A stretch of DNA of 55,931 bases, the filler included, from Jimgerdemannia flammicorona (Eukaryota), in the NCBI GenBank assembly GCA_003990765.1. It is 3 parts of 3 records of this genome, joined end to end, with 100 filler letters (N's around TTAATTAATTAA, not from the genome) between each part and the next. Parts side by side here need not be neighbours in the genome. Positions count along the whole stretch, not along the records: positions 37,358 to 55,931 come from RBNJ01002175.1; 2 more parts are not named here. One strand, 5' to 3'. Under the pieces are notes generated by a model. It did no database searches and was not told the origin of the DNA. It saw only the letters and a list, made by a program, of their open reading frames with translations. The position numbers and the translations under genes were made by a program. This document shows, one piece after another, positions 51,901 through 55,931 of this stretch (the first letter of the stretch is position 1; the number at the start of each line of letters is the position of its first letter).

Positions 51901-52389
51901 ATCATCCTCATTATATTCTTCTTGAATATACTTGTGGTGAGATTCATCATCTTGCACTTTACTGCTCTCATTATTCTGACTAGATATCTGCTGTTCAGGT
52001 TCTTAGCAATTTTTTGATATATTGCTATGCTTATCCTATTTCTATTGTTTATAATCTACTTGCTTCTGTCAAATGGTCTATTGTTCACTCCTCTCTTCTC
52101 TCTCCCCTTTACCCCCTCTCTCTTCTCTCTCTCCTTCCTTATCTACTCCATACTCTCTCTTTCTATTTTTATTATACTATTTGATTATGCTTTCTGGGTC
52201 ACACAATGTTCTGATATTGTTCTGTGCTCTTCTCTTTTATACCACAGACTTTTGTCTCTTTCCCAATACCCTCTAATTGTCATATTACATCTTTCTTCTA
52301 TTTCTCTTTAATCCATCACTCTTGTTTTGCATTCTTGTCACCTTCTTGTGCCTCTGGTTCTTCCAGAGAGGATTAAAAAACATTCTTGC

Positions 52390-52870
52390 CCCCTCCAGAG
52401 TCTCATGTGCTAGGGTCTCAGCCTTCACTCTGCTCTCCTCTGCTGCCTTTGGCCCCTTGCTTTACTTGGGCTCACTGTAGCTCACTTTATTTCAGCCTCA
52501 CCCCTCACTCACACTCATCTCTCTAAGGTCTGTGGATGTTTTTTAATCTCAATTTGGATTTGTTTTGTTTATGTTTGTTTGTGATTTTTATCCTACAACT
52601 GGAATTGGCTCTTTCTTTATCTCTGCTTATCTCCAGTGGTCATGTGGTTCCTAATTTAGTTACCCCCATGTTGTGGTGCATCTTTCCTTTTGGGATCTTG
52701 TATTTTGTATATAAGGACCATGCTTTTGCATGGCAATAAACAGCTGATGCATATTTGGTTATGTTCTTTATTCATTCTCCTTATACATGCCTTTACACAT
52801 GTCTTCTGTTCACTTTGACCATGGTTCTGGGTTTGCTTCCCTGGCTCCCACTGGGCCTTATTCCTCCACA
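52390..52870 (+). repeat. 3' pseudo-LTR, direct repeat of ~48500-48978
   Basis: Collinear over ~480 bp (gatgttttttaatctcaattt, ttcctaattt, ctttgaccatggttctg), differing mainly by transitions. Confidence 0.9.
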
Positions 52871-53876
52871 GATACTCAATTTCGACTACTCGGTCCGTTC
52901 CTATACTAATCAGGAAAGTCCACATTTATCCTCAACGAATTCCCACCACGAATATCGTTTTCGAAACGCAAGGAGCAGCTTCATAATTTAAACCGTATTG
53001 TGAGGCGCATGGCGGCTCACGGGAGTGACTCTTTTGACATTATCCTTGTCCGCGTGGTGGCGCTATTGAAGGACATACCCATATGCTTCTACATTGGTTG
53101 AATCGACTAAACATAATGTATTCTGTAACATAATAATATAGGCGTATATCAAACTATAATAGGCGTTTCTTTATCTTTACTCGTGGCACGACCCCGGCCC
53201 GCCAGAATTGCCCCACCACGCTCTATTGACTCAAAACAACCCAAGTGTATGGCAAAAACAAGCGGTTGCTCGTTTATCGAAAAAGAGACTCGGATAGCTT
53301 CTATCACTTCGCCATTTTCTGGCACAGTTACGGGACTTCTCTCTACATTGCCGCCTGCGCGCGTCACAAACACCCTTTATCATACAACTGTACCCCTCCC
53401 ACGGCTCGATCCCGAAAGGCCTAAAATTTAAATTCAACACGCTTGCCGTAATATCAACGGACGGTGCGCGCGGACACTCTCTCCCTTTCTATGTGTGCTA
53501 TCATGAGCCGTGCCCTCTCTTGGTTTCCTTCATGCTTGACGTAGCACCCGTTGGCAACATATATAAATATAAATATCTCTCTATAGAGGCTATCGTTTTG
53601 TTTCCATCCCAAACGCGCTACGCGAAAAGATGTCACCATGGTCACGAGCCATTGTTTATGGCGTGAAAGGCTCTAATTCATTGTATTACAAATAATTGAT
53701 ATCTTAGGATTAAAAAAAAAAAAAAAAAAAAAAAAATGAATAGCATAGAAAGCATAATTACAAATGTAAAAGTGTATGCTTATGGCATAAAATACAGAAA
53801 GTGGGTTTGAACATCTGCCAAACTGTAGGTTTACTTGCATTCCAGATTAACGCTTTGTATTCTTATACAGAGAAAT

Positions 53877-53918
<42 letters not shown>

Positions 53919-53950
53919 CGTAGGCACGTAAAATTATATGCCCCACGCAC

Positions 53951-55596
53951 TCAAAATCGCAATGGCTTCTGGCCAAAAAAGTAAGGAGCCTTAACCCAAG
54001 TCTTGTTCTGCTTAAACTGTCCGAACTCAATCCGAACTCTTTGCTCAAATTCGTCAAAACTAATTCCCAGCAGTGGTAAAATCTTCGGCGCCATCCCCAT
54101 CCATGCCATGTGCGCATTCTTGGCCACAAGATCACCAACCCGTCCGCCCCAGCCCAGGGGCATGGAAATATAGTCCTCCGCTATTGTATGTTCGGCAAAT
54201 CCGTTGTCCGAAAGCAGGCGTCCCAATTCGTGGATATATTTAATGTCTACGTTGTGCAATTTAAACACGGAGAGGACTGGGTTGTGGAGAAAGACGTAAT
54301 GAAAAATACATAAAAAAATCAATAAAACCGGGAGGAAGAGGCGCAAGTAATAAATCCATGCGCACACGCCGGAGTTATGTACGCACTTGCATTCCAGATT
54401 TTCTGGTCTCCCGGAGGCCGCTGTAGTTCAAAGTCATATTCTAACAATTCAAGCCAACCGCTGGCCCAAATGTACATATTTATAATTACAACAGATTATT
54501 TTCGATTTATGGAACAGGCATAAGCACAATATTTATGTCCAGCCGACCCTAACGAGCTTACGACCCTACATACCCAGGCTTCACCAAGCGCGCCAACTCT
54601 TTAATCGCGACTTTCCAATCCCCAGGGGATAAATCAAAAATCAAAAATCTTTGAAAAACGTAATCAAATTTGCCATCTTCAAATGGCAGGCCTTCCAAGA
54701 TGTTGGCCTTTAAAAATCTCACGTTGGGTGGAAGGTCGCCAGTTTTAGGATACATGTCCGCGATATCGATGCCTACAAACGTGGAATTTGGATAATCCTC
54801 GGCCATTTCTATGGTCCATATACCTACAATCACATTAATGCTAAAATTTACAAGTAGCTCAAAATCAGGATTACATATAAGTGGAAATTTCATTTTGCTC
54901 ACCTGATCCACAACCAGCATCGAGAACTTTAATGCCGGTCTCGAGATCCTCTTCAACCGGGGCGTTGAAGTTGCCATGCACTATCTGCCTGTATATATAA
55001 GCAAGAAAAAGGGCCCACAAGACAAGAAAGATGACGACCGTTAACCTTTCATGGAACGATTAGAAGCGCGTAGGTCGCACATATTGACTTCGATCTCAAG
55101 TCCCGCGAAGCACTCAAATGGCCGATCAACGCTTTCTCCGCAAGGACAGTACAATATGCAGCTGTTTATGTTTAGTACCGAGAACCGCAGCGCTGCCGGT
55201 GGTTTCATAGCCGAAACCGAATCGCACGTACCGCGTAGAGTAATGCTGAATATGCAACCTGTCGATCTCGGCGTCGCTTGGCGGCAACAGATACGATTTT
55301 TTGCTTGTGGTTTTATGATCTATGTGGAGCTTAAACCCTTCTGGAAGGTATTCGGACGGGGGCAGCACGAAGTTAGGATCTTTGTGTTGTCGGTCCATAC
55401 TCCTCCGGTTGTGTTTGCTGGTGAGAAGAGCGCTTCTAGAAGCGGATTCAGATTCTGGAAATGGATATATAGTAGTCCCATGAGTGCCCGCGCCAGGTCC
55501 CGTGCCTTGTTGCGCGTGATTTGGTTCTGCCTGACCACCCGACCGGGTCTGAAATATTTTAAGTCCGATATGCATCGGAATGTTGTGCCTTATCAT
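53951..55596 (-). CDS. Class I SAM-dependent methyltransferase (LaeA-like fungal family), 5 exons
   Basis: YLLPPSDAEIDRLHIQH, GNFNAPV, VLDAGCGSGIW, FVGIDI, LPFEDGKFDYVFQR, ELARLVKPGGWLEL, PLGWGGRVG. GT-AG introns join the exons. Start codon uncertain. Confidence 0.92.
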
Positions 55597-55931
55597 TAAA
55601 GCGCGTGATGTTGTGATAGGATTCCGTTTGGAGATCGGAATAATATCACCCCCCCCCCTAAAAAAAAAAAATGTTTACACTACTTTGAAGCGTATTGACC
55701 ACAAAATAAAAGGTCTTGGAATTCCGTATTCAAGCTCTCTTTTAGGTCGATCGCGATGTGAAATGTTCTCAAATGATGCAAAGCACAAAATAAATAAAGC
55801 GACTGATTACATGAAAAGAAATTTGGCACGGTAGTATTTAAGCAAATAGAGCGAGTACAAAGGGACCTTTCTATTCCAAATCATATCAGGCTCGAGATGG
55901 CGTGCAAAAATGTATCTTTTTTTTTTTTTTT

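Larger units (their letters stand above)
48166..52870 (+). mobile_element. Decayed Penelope-like retroelement (PLE) with direct pseudo-LTRs and a 5' inverted pseudo-LTR
   Basis: PLE-type RT motifs in order: VADKN*G (~50900), FYTLPKVYKP..SLITEISKWL (~51140), SSDFSSFYTTI, NYF..FHQTSDITMRM..PTLTNL, YQYINK (decayed RYIDD), thumb SNHP..GEIH. Terminal repeats are listed separately. Confidence 0.82.

Noticed and set aside
52735..52775. Hammerhead ribozyme in the PLE pseudo-LTR
   Set aside because: All three copies read CTGATGC rather than CTGANGA and no GAAA follows. A divergent ribozyme cannot be excluded without an Infernal search.
48166..52870. DIRS1-type element with ITRs and internal complementary region
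   Set aside because: The RT motifs (ADKN, LPKxHK, SxHP..GE) are PLE-type, and no recombinase or RNase H was seen.
48857..52991. Hydrophobic 'membrane protein' ORFs
   Set aside because: The Leu/Phe/Ser richness comes from C/T strand skew and C>T decay of the PLE.

Overview
Eukaryotic, intron-containing fungal DNA. The gene repertoire suggests an early-diverging fungus such as Mucoromycota, which is inference only. The window is three contigs of near-identical length (1-18579, 18680-37257, 37358-55931) joined by artificial 100-bp N44-TTAATTAATTAA-N44 linkers, so synteny across the gaps is meaningless. Contig 1 is a transposon nest: a dUTPase-carrying Ty3/Gypsy element with an extra 3' ORF, a structurally complete Ngaro-type tyrosine-recombinase retrotransposon inserted into that ORF, AT-rich relics and an L1/Tx1-like LINE. 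Contig 2 is genic: a frameshifted Cys-rich membrane-protein gene, a Kelch single-pass membrane protein, a Zn2Cys6-like factor, a TKL-like kinase and the standout gene, a 3-exon ~1640-aa fusion of heme peroxidase + DOMON + cytochrome b561 + cytochrome b5 + FAD/NAD(P)H reductase. That fusion looks like a self-contained trans-membrane electron wire analogous to, but built differently from, DUOX. Contig 3 holds a second dUTPase-Gypsy relic, a diverged copy of the Gypsy accessory ORF interrupted by a hAT-type foldback MITE, a decayed Penelope-like element with direct and inverted pseudo-LTRs, and a SAM methyltransferase gene. Repeats show strong, graded C>T/G>A decay.
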